64,000 nt of DNA from Vicinamibacterales bacterium (GTDB taxonomy: Bacteria > Acidobacteriota > Vicinamibacteria > Vicinamibacterales > UBA8438), in assembly GCA_963665465.1 (NCBI GenBank), contig OY762226.1, positions 5,061,177 through 5,125,176 on the forward strand, given 5' to 3'. Each line of letters starts with the position of its first letter. Within the stretch, counting starts at the first letter, position 1. Below are positions 23,219-32,209 of this stretch, one piece after another. A model generated the notes under the pieces. It saw only the letters and a list, made by a program, of their open reading frames with translations. It searched no databases and was not told the origin of the DNA. A program made the translations under genes and the position numbers.

Positions 23219-23244
23219 GCGTCTGTCGACGGATCTTTGACATT

Positions 23245-23655
23245 CCGCCGCAGCCGGCCGGACGACCGCTGCGCGCCCGCACCGCTGTGCGGGCGCGGGG
23301 AGGAAAGTCCGAACTCCGGAGGGCAGTGCGCCGGGCAACGCCCGGTCAGGGTGACCTGAAGGAAAGTGGCACAGAAAACATACCGCCCGCCGGGGCCCCG
23401 TCGGGACCCGGCAGGTAAGGGTGAAAAGGTGCGGTAAGAGCGCACCGCGCCCGCCGCGAGGCGGGTGGCAGGCTAAACCCCGCACGGAGCAAGACCAAAT
23501 AGGGAGGCGTTCGAGGGCGGCCCGTCCGAAGCCTCCGGGTAGGTCGCTCGATCCCGCCAGCAATGACGGGGCTAGAGGAATGGTCGTCACCGGGGCGGCC
23601 GCGAGCATTCGCGGCGCGCCGGTACAGAATTCGGCTTACGGCCGCGCTGCGGCGG
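23245..23655 (+). ncRNA. rnpB: RNase P RNA, bacterial type A
   Basis: Universal motifs GAGGAAAGTCCG (23300-23311), GGGTGAAAAGGTGCGGTAAGAGCGCACC and ACAGAATTCGGCTTAC. P1 pairing of 5' CCGCCGCAGCCGGCCG with 3' CGGCCGCGCTGCGGCGG. Ends approximate to about 10 nt. Confidence 0.9.
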
Positions 23656-23674
23656 AATCCTGTGGGAGGGCAGC

Positions 23675-24811
23675 TTGCGACGCTCAATGCTCGTCGTCGG
23701 TTCCGTCGCGTTGGTTGCAATCGTCGTGACCCTGGTGCCGCGCGCGCAGCGGAACGCGGCCCGGCAGGCCGCCGAGCCGGCGTTGACGGTCGACGAGTAC
23801 ACGCCGCGCTCGACGCTGGTGGTGGACGGGCATCCGGTAGCCCGCGCGAAGTTCCCCGTGGTGGACGTGCACAGCCATCATCGACCGGGATTCTCCGCGG
23901 GGCGCTGGGCCGGGATCGTGGCGGAGATGGACGCCCTGAACCTGCAGGTGCTGGTCAACCTGAGCGGGGGGTGGGGGAGCTGGCTGCGGCGCGGCCTCGA
24001 CACCATCGCCGGCAGCCCGCATCCCGACCGCATGGTCTTCTTCGCCAATCTCGACTTCCGCGGCGGCGTCGGCCCCGGCTTCGGGGCGCGCGCCGCCGCG
24101 CAGCTCGAGCAGGACGTGGCGGCCGGCGCGGTGGGCCTGAAGTTCTTCAAGGACTTCGGCATCAGCGTGCGCGACGAGCACGGCCGGCGCCTGCCGGTCG
24201 ACCATCCGGAGCTGGACCCCGTCTTCGAGCTCTGCGCGCGGCTCGACATCCCGGTGCTGATTCACACCGGGGAGCCGCAGTCGTTCTACGAGCCGGTCGA
24301 CCGCTTCAACGAGCGCTGGCTCGAGCTGACGCTGCTGCCGAACCGGCGCCTGCCGGCCGGCCGCTACCCGAGCTTCGAGGAGATGATGGCCGAGCGGGAC
24401 CGCCTGTTCGCGCGGCATCCGCGGACCCGGTTCATCGCCGCGCACATGGGCTGGCACGCCAACGACCTCGGACGGCTGGCGCGGCTGCTCGACCGCTTTC
24501 CGAACGTGTACCCCGAGACGGGCGCCATCCTCTACGAGCTCGGACGGCAGCCCCGGACCGCCCGCGCCTTCTTCATCGCCTACCAGGACCGGATCCTGTT
24601 CGGCAAGGACCGCTTTCAGGCCGACGAGTTCCCGTACTACTGGCGCACCTTCGAGACGGCGGACGAGTACTTCGACTACTACCGCCGGTATCACGCCTTC
24701 TGGAAGCTCTACGGGATGGATCTGCCCGACGCGGTGCTGCGCAAGATCTACTACGCGAACGCGCTCGAGGTGGTGCCCGGCATCCCGCGCGACCGGTTTC
24801 CGCCGGTGTGA
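23675..24811 (+). CDS. amidohydrolase-2 type TIM-barrel metal hydrolase, N-terminal membrane anchor/signal
   Basis: N-terminal hydrophobic segment, VVDVHSHH (HxH) and IPVLIHTGE. Substrate unknown. Confidence 0.6.
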   Translation: MRRSMLVVGSVALVAIVVTLVPRAQRNAARQAAEPALTVDEYTPRSTLVVDGHPVARAKFPVVDVHSHHRPGFSAGRWAGIVAEMDALNLQVLVNLSGGWGSWLRRGLDTIAGSPHPDRMVFFANLDFRGGVGPGFGARAAAQLEQDVAAGAVGLKFFKDFGISVRDEHGRRLPVDHPELDPVFELCARLDIPVLIHTGEPQSFYEPVDRFNERWLELTLLPNRRLPAGRYPSFEEMMAERDRLFARHPRTRFIAAHMGWHANDLGRLARLLDRFPNVYPETGAILYELGRQPRTARAFFIAYQDRILFGKDRFQADEFPYYWRTFETADEYFDYYRRYHAFWKLYGMDLPDAVLRKIYYANALEVVPGIPRDRFPPV

Positions 24812-24833
24812 CCGGCACGCACGCACGTTCCCG

Positions 24834-25235
24834 CTACGGGCCGGCCTGGCGCGGCGTCACGATCAGCGTCGTGCCCTCCGTCCCGGTCACCTCCACGGGG
24901 CAGCCCTTGCCGGCGCGGGCCCCGGGATGGTGGGGTCTGGCGCGCCACAGCTCGCCGCGCACGCGCACGTAGCCCACCGGATCGAGCGGCTCCACGGTCG
25001 TCCCCCGGGTCCCGATGAGATGCTCGATCCGGCGCCGGTAGTCGGCCTCGTAGGCGGATCGCAGCATCGGGTAGAGCGCGTAGTCCTTGATCGCCCACGC
25101 CACCGGCAGGCCGGCCGCGAGCCACAGCGGGACATCGAGCGCGTCGCGCAGCCACCAGCCCGCGAGCGCGGCCAGCAGCCAGCCCGGCACCTGGAACGCG
25201 GTGTACCGCCAGAAGGCCGAGTGTCGGGTCCGCAC
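24834..25235 (-). CDS. NfeD-family membrane protein (C-terminal OB fold)
   Basis: TM helices followed by GYVRVRGELWRA...VEVTGTEGTTLIVTP. GTG 25235 is preferred because the region up to 25406 is AT-richer and shows no NfeD-like sequence. Start uncertain. Confidence 0.5.
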   Translation of the reverse strand: MRTRHSAFWRYTAFQVPGWLLAALAGWWLRDALDVPLWLAAGLPVAWAIKDYALYPMLRSAYEADYRRRIEHLIGTRGTTVEPLDPVGYVRVRGELWRARPHHPGARAGKGCPVEVTGTEGTTLIVTPRQAGP

Positions 25236-25527
25236 AGCAGTCGATCGTTCGCCGTCCAATGGAAGACTATAACCAGACAGGGCGGGGCGTTCCGCAGGCA
25301 GCCCGTCCGCCACGGGCTGTTGACAACCCGTGGCAAAAGGCCCCGCTGCATTCGACGGGCGATGCATCCCGTCTGACTTCGTTGTTCCTCGGTCGCATAT
25401 GGCCAATATGCTCCCTCGTCATGCCTTGTCAGCCGGGCGCCTCGCCCGTCTCGGTGCGACGCGGGGTTTCACCACGGGCTGTTAAGGTAATGGCTGGCCG
25501 CGTGTGCGGCAGCGGAGGCAGAACGTC

Positions 25528-26643
25528 GTGAAGATCACGTTCAAGGGGTCGCCGGGCCCGTCGCTGGGGGTCGAGCTGGAGTTGCAGGTGCTCGATCCGG
25601 CGACGAAGAACCTGGTGTCGGGCGCGCCGCGCATTCTCGAGCGGTCGCGCCCCGAGGACCACGTCAAGCCGGAGCTGATCGAGTCGACCATCGAGCTGAA
25701 CACCGACGTGTGTCCCGACGTGGCCGCCGTGCGCAGCGACCTGAACCGGCGGGTGAAGCGGCTGCTCGCGCTGTGCGACGAGCTGGGGTACGAAATCGCG
25801 TCCGCCGGCACCCATCCGTTCGCCGAGTGGTCGGAGCAGCGCGTCACGGCGAGCGACCGCTACACGATGCTGGTCGACCGCTGCCAGTGGCCGGCCCGGC
25901 GGCTGATGATCTTCGGACTGCACGTGCACGTCGGGGTGCAGAGCGGCGAGAAGGCGATTGCCGTGTTCAACGCCCTGAGCACCTATCTGCCGCACCTGCT
26001 GGCGCTGTCGGCCAGCTCCCCGTTCTTCAACGGCCTCGATACCGGGCTGACGTCGTGTCGGGTCAAGGTGTTCGAGAGCCTGCCGACCGCCGGCCTGCCG
26101 TATCGGCTGCTCAACTGGGGCGAGTTTCAGCGCCTGATGACGACGCTGGTGAACGCCCGGGCGATCGACTCGATCCGCGAGGTGTGGTGGGACGTGCGGC
26201 CGCATCCGGCATTCGGCACGGTCGAGGTGCGCATCTGCGACGGGCTGCCCACGCTGGACGACGTGGTCGCGATGACCGCGTTGATTCAGGCCCTCGTCGT
26301 GTGGCTGGGCGACCAGTACGACGAGGGGAGCTACCTGCCGCTGCAGCGCTACTGGATCGTGCGCGAAAACAAGTGGCGGGCGACCCGCTGGTCGGTCGAC
26401 ACCGACATCATCGTCGACGAGTCCGGACGGCTCGAGCGGCTGTCCGACTCGGTCGAGTCGCTGCTCGAGTCGCTGCGGCCGGTGGCCGAGCGGCTCGGAT
26501 CGCTGACCGATCTCGAGCGCGTGGGAGCCATCGTGCGGGAGGGGCCGAGCTACCGGCGCCAGCGCCGGCTGTACGAGGAGACCGGCCGCTTCAACGCAGT
26601 GGTCGAGTCGCTGGTCCGCGAGTTTCGCGAATCGGTTCGGTAG
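25528..26643 (+). CDS. carboxylate-amine ligase, YbdK / GCS2 family
   Basis: LGVELELQVLD, ELIESTIELNT, SAGTHPF, FGLHVHVG and WWDVRPHPAFGTVEVRICD motifs. GTG 25528 is preceded by GGAGG. Confidence 0.8.
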   Translation: MKITFKGSPGPSLGVELELQVLDPATKNLVSGAPRILERSRPEDHVKPELIESTIELNTDVCPDVAAVRSDLNRRVKRLLALCDELGYEIASAGTHPFAEWSEQRVTASDRYTMLVDRCQWPARRLMIFGLHVHVGVQSGEKAIAVFNALSTYLPHLLALSASSPFFNGLDTGLTSCRVKVFESLPTAGLPYRLLNWGEFQRLMTTLVNARAIDSIREVWWDVRPHPAFGTVEVRICDGLPTLDDVVAMTALIQALVVWLGDQYDEGSYLPLQRYWIVRENKWRATRWSVDTDIIVDESGRLERLSDSVESLLESLRPVAERLGSLTDLERVGAIVREGPSYRRQRRLYEETGRFNAVVESLVREFRESVR

Positions 26644-27445
26644 CGCCGGCGGACGTCCGGGGCTGCCACGCCAGCCACCGTCCGGCGCGGCGCTCCAGCT
26701 CGATCGGGACGCCGAAGCAGCTCGAGACGCGTTCGGCCGTCAGCGTGTCCTCGATCGGCCCCGCGGCGTGCACGCCGCCGCGCCTCAGCAGCAGCGCGTG
26801 CGTGAACCCCCGCGGAATCTCCTCGACGTGGTGGGTCACCAGCACGGTGGCCGGCGCCCCGGGATCGGCCGCCGCGGCGCCCAGCAGCGCCACGAGCTGC
26901 TCGCGGCCGCCCAGATCGAGCCCCGCCGCCGGCTCGTCGAGCAGCCACAGCGCCGGGTCGTTCATCAGGGTGCGGGCCAGCAGGACGCGCTGGCGCTCGC
27001 CGGACGACAGCGTGCCGAAGCCGGCGTCGGCCAGCGCGCGGCACCCGAAGCGCTCGAGCAGCTCGCGCGCGCGGGCCCGGTCGGCTCCCGAGTACGTGTG
27101 CCACCACGGCGCCAGGGCGGCGTGCTTGCCGGTGACGACGACGTCCTCGACTCGCAGCGCCGGCCGCAGCATGTCGGCCAGCGCCGCGCTGGTGACGCCC
27201 AGCCGCCGCCGCAGCTCACGGACGTCGGTCCGGCCCAGCCGCTCGCCGAGGACGTCGATGGTGCCGCGCGAGGGATGGAGGTACAGGCTGGCGAGCCGGC
27301 AGAGCGTGGTCTTGCCCGATCCGTTCGGTCCCAGCACGGCCCAGCGCTCGCCGCGGCGTACGCGCCAGTCGACGCCGCGCAGAATCGCGCGCTCGCCGCG
27401 GATCAGGTCGACGCCCGACAGGGCCAGCACGATGTCGTCACGCAT
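26591..27445 (-). CDS. ABC transporter ATP-binding protein (orphan, no adjacent permease)
   Basis: Walker A GPNGSGKTT, signature LSSGERQR and Walker B LWLLDEP. The 3' end overlaps the convergent gene by 53 bp. Confidence 0.8.
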   Translation of the reverse strand: MRDDIVLALSGVDLIRGERAILRGVDWRVRRGERWAVLGPNGSGKTTLCRLASLYLHPSRGTIDVLGERLGRTDVRELRRRLGVTSAALADMLRPALRVEDVVVTGKHAALAPWWHTYSGADRARARELLERFGCRALADAGFGTLSSGERQRVLLARTLMNDPALWLLDEPAAGLDLGGREQLVALLGAAAADPGAPATVLVTHHVEEIPRGFTHALLLRRGGVHAAGPIEDTLTAERVSSCFGVPIELERRAGRWLAWQPRTSAGATEPIRETRGPATRPLR

Positions 27446-27515
27446 GGCGCTGCATTGTACAAACGACACACCCGGTCCCTTCAGGAGGGGCCACCGCCGC
27501 TATCGTCGCGGTGCC

Positions 27516-27566
27516 CCAAGCCGCGCACAGCGCGGCTCGGCGGGAGCGGCGCGGGGCCCCGTCTGA
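27516..27566 (+). repeat. internally deleted copy of the dispersed repeat
   Basis: CCAAGCCGCGCACAGCGCGGCTCGGCGGGAGCGGCGCGGGGC joined directly to CCCGTCTGA. It lies in a divergent intergenic region. Confidence 0.7.
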
Positions 27567-27588
27567 ACTTAGCCCTTAGAATACCGGC

Positions 27589-28764
27589 GTGCGTCGCGCG
27601 CGCGACGGGTCGTCCGCATCGAGAATCCTAGTCCGGCTGCCGAACTGGGTCGGCGACATCCTGCTGGCGCTGCCGGCCCTGCAGGCTCTGCGCGCAGGCC
27701 GGCCGCACGCGCACCTGGTCGCCATGGCGCGCCCGCAGCACGTGGAGCTCGCGAGCCGCATCTTCGCCATCGACCGCGTCGTGCCGGCGCCGCCCGGCGC
27801 CGGCCGCCTGCCGGCCTGGTGGCGCGCCGTGCGCGCACTGCGCGCGGCCCGGCTGCAGGCCGCCGTGCTGCTGGCGCCGTCGTTCGAGGCCGCGCTCACC
27901 GCGCTCGCCGCGGGGATCCCCGTCCGGGTCGGTCACGACACCGACCACCGCTCGCTGCTGCTGACTCACGCGCTGGACGCGGCGCGCCGGCGGCACCGCG
28001 CGGACGGGTTCCTGGAGCTGGTCGGCGTGCTCGGCGCGGACCCCGCGTCGGGCGCGCTGCCGTTCCGCCTGCAGGCGGCCGAACGGCGGTACGTGGACCG
28101 CCTGTTCGAGCAGGCGGGGCTGACCGCTCGGGAGCGGCCGGTGCTGGTCAATCCGGCGGCCGCCAAGGCCCCTCGGGCCTGGTCGGCCGACCGTTTTCGA
28201 CGGCTGGCCGACACGATCGCCGACCGCCACCCCGGGCTGCCGGTGCTGGTTCACAGCCGCCCGCCGTTCACGCAGGCCGCGGGCTGGCCGCGGAATCCGG
28301 CAATCCGGAGCGTGCGCGACGTCACGCTGATTCAACTGGGCGCCGTCATCGAGCGCTGCCGCCTGTACGTGGGCAACGACAGCGGTCCGATGCACTTCGC
28401 TGCCGCCCTCGGCGTCCCGACCGTCGGCATCTACGGTCCGTCGAGTCCGGCGCGCACGTCGCCGCGGGGCGCCGCCGGGGCCGCGCACCGCGCCGTCTCG
28501 GCGTTCCTGCCCTGCTCGCCCTGCCGCGAGCGCTTCTTCGACGAGTGTCCGGCCCCTCCCACGGCGGACGGTCGCCCGCCATGCCTCGACGCGGTCGCGG
28601 TCGAGGACGTGGCCGCCGAAGTCGACCGCATGCTGGCCAGGAGTCTGCGCCACACAACGGTGCAGACGCCGCAAGGCGCGCACGGCGCGCCTCTGCGGGA
28701 GCGGCGCGGGGCGCAGGGGTCCCCGCAAGCGGACGCCGGCGGCTCGGGGCGCAGCCCCGTCTAG
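27589..28764 (+). CDS. GT9 ADP-heptose:LPS heptosyltransferase family protein
   Basis: ILVRLPNWVGD and YVGNDSGPMHFAAALGVPTVGIYGP motifs. About the last 40 codons and the stop lie inside repeat copy 28637-28764. Confidence 0.75.
   Translation: MRRARDGSSASRILVRLPNWVGDILLALPALQALRAGRPHAHLVAMARPQHVELASRIFAIDRVVPAPPGAGRLPAWWRAVRALRAARLQAAVLLAPSFEAALTALAAGIPVRVGHDTDHRSLLLTHALDAARRRHRADGFLELVGVLGADPASGALPFRLQAAERRYVDRLFEQAGLTARERPVLVNPAAAKAPRAWSADRFRRLADTIADRHPGLPVLVHSRPPFTQAAGWPRNPAIRSVRDVTLIQLGAVIERCRLYVGNDSGPMHFAAALGVPTVGIYGPSSPARTSPRGAAGAAHRAVSAFLPCSPCRERFFDECPAPPTADGRPPCLDAVAVEDVAAEVDRMLARSLRHTTVQTPQGAHGAPLRERRGAQGSPQADAGGSGRSPV
28637..28764 (+). repeat. full-length copy (128 bp) of the dispersed multi-hairpin repeat
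   Basis: CCAGGAGTCTGCGCC...GGGGCGCAGCCCCGTCTAG, between the convergent GT9 and lpxD genes. Confidence 0.85.
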
Positions 28765-28771
28765 ATCCAGA

Positions 28772-29800
28772 CTAGCGTTCCAGCCTCGCCCGCAGCTCCT
28801 CGACCTCGGCCTGCAGCCGCCTCAGCTCCTCCGCCAGCCGCGGCAGGCGGCCGACATGGGCCACCTGCGTCTTGATGTCCTTGAGGGGACGGGCCGGCGT
28901 TCCCCAGTAGATCTCGCCGCCCGGCACGCGCTTGCGGCTCACCACGCCTCCCTGCGAGCCGATGAGCGCGTGGTCGTCTATGCGGCAGTGGTCGCCGATG
29001 CCGACCTGTCCGCCAACCGTCGCGTAGCTGCCGATCCGCGAGCTGCCCGCGATGCCCGTCTGCGCCGCGATGACCGTGTGGGAGCCGATCCGCACGTTGT
29101 GCGCGACGTGGCACAGGTTGTCGAGCTTCGCGCCCGCCTCGACCGCGGTCTCGTCCAGCGCGCCCCGATCGACGCAGGTGTTGGCCCCGAGCTCGACGTC
29201 CGAGCCGATCTCCACGCGGCCGACCTGCGGAACCTTGACGTGCCGCGCCCCGTCGAACGCGAAGCCGAAACCGTCCGCGCCCAGCACGGCGCCGGCATGC
29301 ACGACCACGCGGTCGCCGAGCGCCACGTCCGGATAGAGCACCGCGTGCGGGTAGACCGTGCAGTCGGCGCCGATGTAGCACCCCGCGCCGATGTAGCAGC
29401 CCGGGTACACGACGGTGCGGGCCCCCACGCGGGCGCCGCGTTCGATCAGCGTCCACGCCCCGACAGCCGCGTCGGCCGCCAGCGTCGCCTCGTCGTGGAC
29501 GATCGCCGTGGGGTGCACGCCCTCGAACGGCGGCGTCGCCGGGACCAGCCACTGCGCCGCCCGCGCAAACGCCACGCGCGGATTGTCGACCACGATCACG
29601 GTGCGCTCCGGGTAGTCCCCGGCCGGAACCAGCACGCACGAGGCGCCGCAGGCGGGCACGCGGTCGAGATAGCCGGTCTCGGCGTACGCGAGCGCGCCGG
29701 CGCCGGCCTGCTCCAGACTGCCCACGCCGTGGATCTGCCGCTCGGCGTCGCCGCGCAGGGCGCCGCCCACGAAATCCGCGATCTCTCGAGTGGTTCTCAT
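28772..29800 (-). CDS. lpxD: UDP-3-O-acylglucosamine N-acyltransferase
   Basis: MRTTREIADFVGG N-domain, a long left-handed beta-helix hexapeptide region and a C-terminal coiled tail. ATG 29800 lies inside the over-long ORF 28772..30571. Confidence 0.85.
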   Translation of the reverse strand: MRTTREIADFVGGALRGDAERQIHGVGSLEQAGAGALAYAETGYLDRVPACGASCVLVPAGDYPERTVIVVDNPRVAFARAAQWLVPATPPFEGVHPTAIVHDEATLAADAAVGAWTLIERGARVGARTVVYPGCYIGAGCYIGADCTVYPHAVLYPDVALGDRVVVHAGAVLGADGFGFAFDGARHVKVPQVGRVEIGSDVELGANTCVDRGALDETAVEAGAKLDNLCHVAHNVRIGSHTVIAAQTGIAGSSRIGSYATVGGQVGIGDHCRIDDHALIGSQGGVVSRKRVPGGEIYWGTPARPLKDIKTQVAHVGRLPRLAEELRRLQAEVEELRARLER

Positions 29801-29914
29801 GCGATCTCCCGTGCGCATCATAGCGTCTGGGCAGGGTGCGTCCGGACCCGATCCACGCCGCGGCGGTTTGCGGGATAATCCAGGCGGCATGGTCGGGAGC
29901 CGGCGGCAAGCGCG

Positions 29915-30640
29915 ATGGGTCTGTCGATAGTCATTCCCGTCTACAACGAGGCGACGACGCTCGAGGCGATCGTCGAGCGGGTGCTGGCCGCTCCGCTCGA
30001 GATGGACCGGGAGGTCATCGTCGTCGACGACGGCTCCACCGACGGCACCTCCGGCACGCTCGCGCGTCTGGAGCGCGGCGGGCGCGTGCGCGTGGTCCGC
30101 CACGCGCACAACCGCGGCAAGGGCGCGGCGTTGCGCAGCGGGTTCCGTCTGGCGAGCCAGGACCTCATCGTCGTGCAGGACGCGGATCTGGAGTACGACC
30201 CGCGCGACTACCGCCAGCTCCTGCAGCCGCTGCTCGACGGGCGGGCGGACGTCGTCTTCGGCTCCCGCTTCGCCGGCGGCGGCGCGCACCGCGCGCTGTA
30301 CTTCTGGGGCTGGGTCGGCAACCGCCTGCTCACGCTGCTGAGCAACCTGCTCACGAACCTCAACCTGACGGACATGGAGACCTGCTACAAGGCTTTCCGC
30401 CGCGACGTGATTGCCCGGATTCGGATCGAGGAGGACCGCTTCGGGGTCGAGCCCGAGCTGACGGCCAAGTTCGCCAGGCTCCCCGGCATCCGCATCTACG
30501 AGGTCAGCATCTCGTACGCCGCGCGGACGTACGCGGAGGGCAAGAAGATCGGCTGGCGAGACGGCCTGCACGCCGTCTGGTGCATCCTGAAGTACAACCT
30601 GCGCCCGGACGCCGGGGGTTCGGGGCGCAGCCCCGTCTGA
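29915..30640 (+). CDS. GT2 glycosyltransferase (dolichyl/polyprenyl-phosphate mannose synthase-like)
   Basis: IVIPVYNE, VVDDGSTDGT and VQDADLEYDP motifs. The last 10 codons and the stop are encoded by repeat fragment 30606-30640. Confidence 0.75.
   Translation: MGLSIVIPVYNEATTLEAIVERVLAAPLEMDREVIVVDDGSTDGTSGTLARLERGGRVRVVRHAHNRGKGAALRSGFRLASQDLIVVQDADLEYDPRDYRQLLQPLLDGRADVVFGSRFAGGGAHRALYFWGWVGNRLLTLLSNLLTNLNLTDMETCYKAFRRDVIARIRIEEDRFGVEPELTAKFARLPGIRIYEVSISYAARTYAEGKKIGWRDGLHAVWCILKYNLRPDAGGSGRSPV
30606..30640 (+). repeat. 3'-terminal fragment of the dispersed repeat
   Basis: CGGACGCCGGGGGTTCGGGGCGCAGCCCCGTCTGA matches the 3' end of the full copies. Confidence 0.75.
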
Positions 30641-30641
30641 C

Positions 30642-32033
30642 TCATGCCCGCAGGTCGTAGCAGAGCAGCCGGGGATTCGTCCCGTTGAAGACGTCGCGGG
30701 TGTTCTGCACGACGTAGAGCAGGCCGCGGCTCAGAACGGGAAGGGCCCACGACTCGCGCGCCGCCATGAGCCAGGCGCGCGAGATCAGCGTGTAGCCGAC
30801 CGGGGTCAGGTCGAGCCACAGCAGGTGGCCGAGCTCCCCCAGGCACAGGAACTGACCGTCCGCCGCCAGCAGCGAGCCGCGGTAGGTGCTCATCACGGTC
30901 TGCTGCCTGCGGCCGTTCCGCTCGATCTCCTCGGGCCACTCCGGCACCGCGCGCCACGCCACCTCGCCGCTTGCGGCGTCGATGCAGACCAGCGAGGCGT
31001 CACCCGGGTTGCGTCCGTCGAAGGCGTAGAGGTACCCGTCGCGGTGAATCGCCGTGTTGAAATGGATGCCGACGTCGGCGGTCTGCCAGGCCACCCGGTG
31101 CGTGAAGTCCGGCAGTATCTCGACCAGCACGCTGCCGGTGCGGTAGCTCGAGCTGAGGAACACCTTGTTGTCGAACACGACCGGCGTGCAGGCGTTGGCC
31201 GATTCGAACGTCCGGCTCCTGAACGGGAACTCGAAGTCCAGCGCGCCGTTCGACGGGTCGATCGAGAGCAGCCCGCCGCTCGGCGGCGACGACTCGCCGC
31301 CGGCGAAGACGAGCACGCGGCGCCGGCCGTGGACGACCGCCGGCACCGGCGAGGCGTAGCTGGGGCCCCACTCGGTGCCCGCCCTCCACACCTCGTTGCC
31401 GGTCAGCTTGTCGAACGCCGCCACGCACGGGCCGCCCGGCGCGCCGACGTTGACCACGAGCAGCCCGCCCTCGACGAGCGGCGTCGAGGAGGTGCCGAAG
31501 AAATCCTGCCGCACGCGGTACTCGGCGCTGAGGTCGCGTGTCCAGACGACCGCTCCCGAGACGAGATCGAGACAGTGGATCGGACCCTCCGCGCCGACGG
31601 TATAGACGCGCCCGCCGTCGATGACCGGGCTCGAGCGCGGGCCGTTGTTATAGCCGTAGCGGTCCTGGAAGGCGGTGGCGTAGCGATGCTGCCAGAAGCA
31701 GCTCCCGGTCTCCGGGTGCAGGCACTCGACGACCTCGGCGTCGCCCAGCCGATGGACGAAGACCAGCCGGTCGCCGGCGATGGCCGGCGAGGCGTAGCCG
31801 GTCCCCTTGGGCAGCTCCCAGAGGAGCGGCGGCGGCAGCGTCCGGCTGAGATGCGTCTCCGTCGACACGGCGTTGTGCGACGGCCCCAGGAAGGAGGTCC
31901 AGTCGTGGGTGACGGCGTCCGCGGCCAGCGGCCCGGGCGCGCCGTGCACGCGGGTCTGGGCGGACGCGGCCCGCGCGGCCAGCGCCTGCGCGGCGAGCAG
32001 CTGCAGCATCGAGCGACGCGAGATTGCGGGCAT
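30642..32033 (-). CDS. PQQ-like beta-propeller repeat protein with Tat-type signal
   Basis: SRRSMLQLLAAQALAARAASA signal. Repeated propeller motifs such as GGRVYTVGAEGPIHCLDLVSGAVVW and LVCIDAASGEVAW. Confidence 0.65.
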   Translation of the reverse strand: MPAISRRSMLQLLAAQALAARAASAQTRVHGAPGPLAADAVTHDWTSFLGPSHNAVSTETHLSRTLPPPLLWELPKGTGYASPAIAGDRLVFVHRLGDAEVVECLHPETGSCFWQHRYATAFQDRYGYNNGPRSSPVIDGGRVYTVGAEGPIHCLDLVSGAVVWTRDLSAEYRVRQDFFGTSSTPLVEGGLLVVNVGAPGGPCVAAFDKLTGNEVWRAGTEWGPSYASPVPAVVHGRRRVLVFAGGESSPPSGGLLSIDPSNGALDFEFPFRSRTFESANACTPVVFDNKVFLSSSYRTGSVLVEILPDFTHRVAWQTADVGIHFNTAIHRDGYLYAFDGRNPGDASLVCIDAASGEVAWRAVPEWPEEIERNGRRQQTVMSTYRGSLLAADGQFLCLGELGHLLWLDLTPVGYTLISRAWLMAARESWALPVLSRGLLYVVQNTRDVFNGTNPRLLCYDLRA

Positions 32034-32209
32034 CCCGGCGCCATCATAGCCGACAATCGCGCGGAGAATCGGAGCCCGGCTTGCCGCGCCTCCCGTTCTC
32101 CTGTACGGTCGCCGCGACGCCGCTGGTGCGCCCCGGCCCGAAGTGGTACAGGTCGATCCGGTCCGGGCCGCTGAACAGACTACGACGGCCGGTAGCCCGC
32201 ACGTTGACG

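Noticed and set aside
23237-23242. A perfect TTGACA hexamer just upstream of rnpB. Similar isolated TTGACA hexamers occur at 18133 and 25320.
   Set aside because: No acceptable -10 box lies at 16-19 nt. For rnpB, the P1 stem starts only 3 nt downstream, so it cannot be the -35 of the mature RNA's promoter in the usual geometry.
25366-25376. CCCGTCTGA, identical to the 3' terminus of the dispersed repeat, occurs in the NfeD/YbdK intergenic region.
   Set aside because: Only 9 nt match, with no adjacent repeat sequence. This is too short to distinguish from chance.
25309-25483. The direct repeat CACGGGCTGTT occurs at about 25310 and about 25472, with a small palindrome CCACGGG..CCCGTGG around the first copy. 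It was considered as a possible riboswitch or operator upstream of the YbdK-like gene.
   Set aside because: No known riboswitch core was recognised, and the repeat is short. It is noted only as weak.
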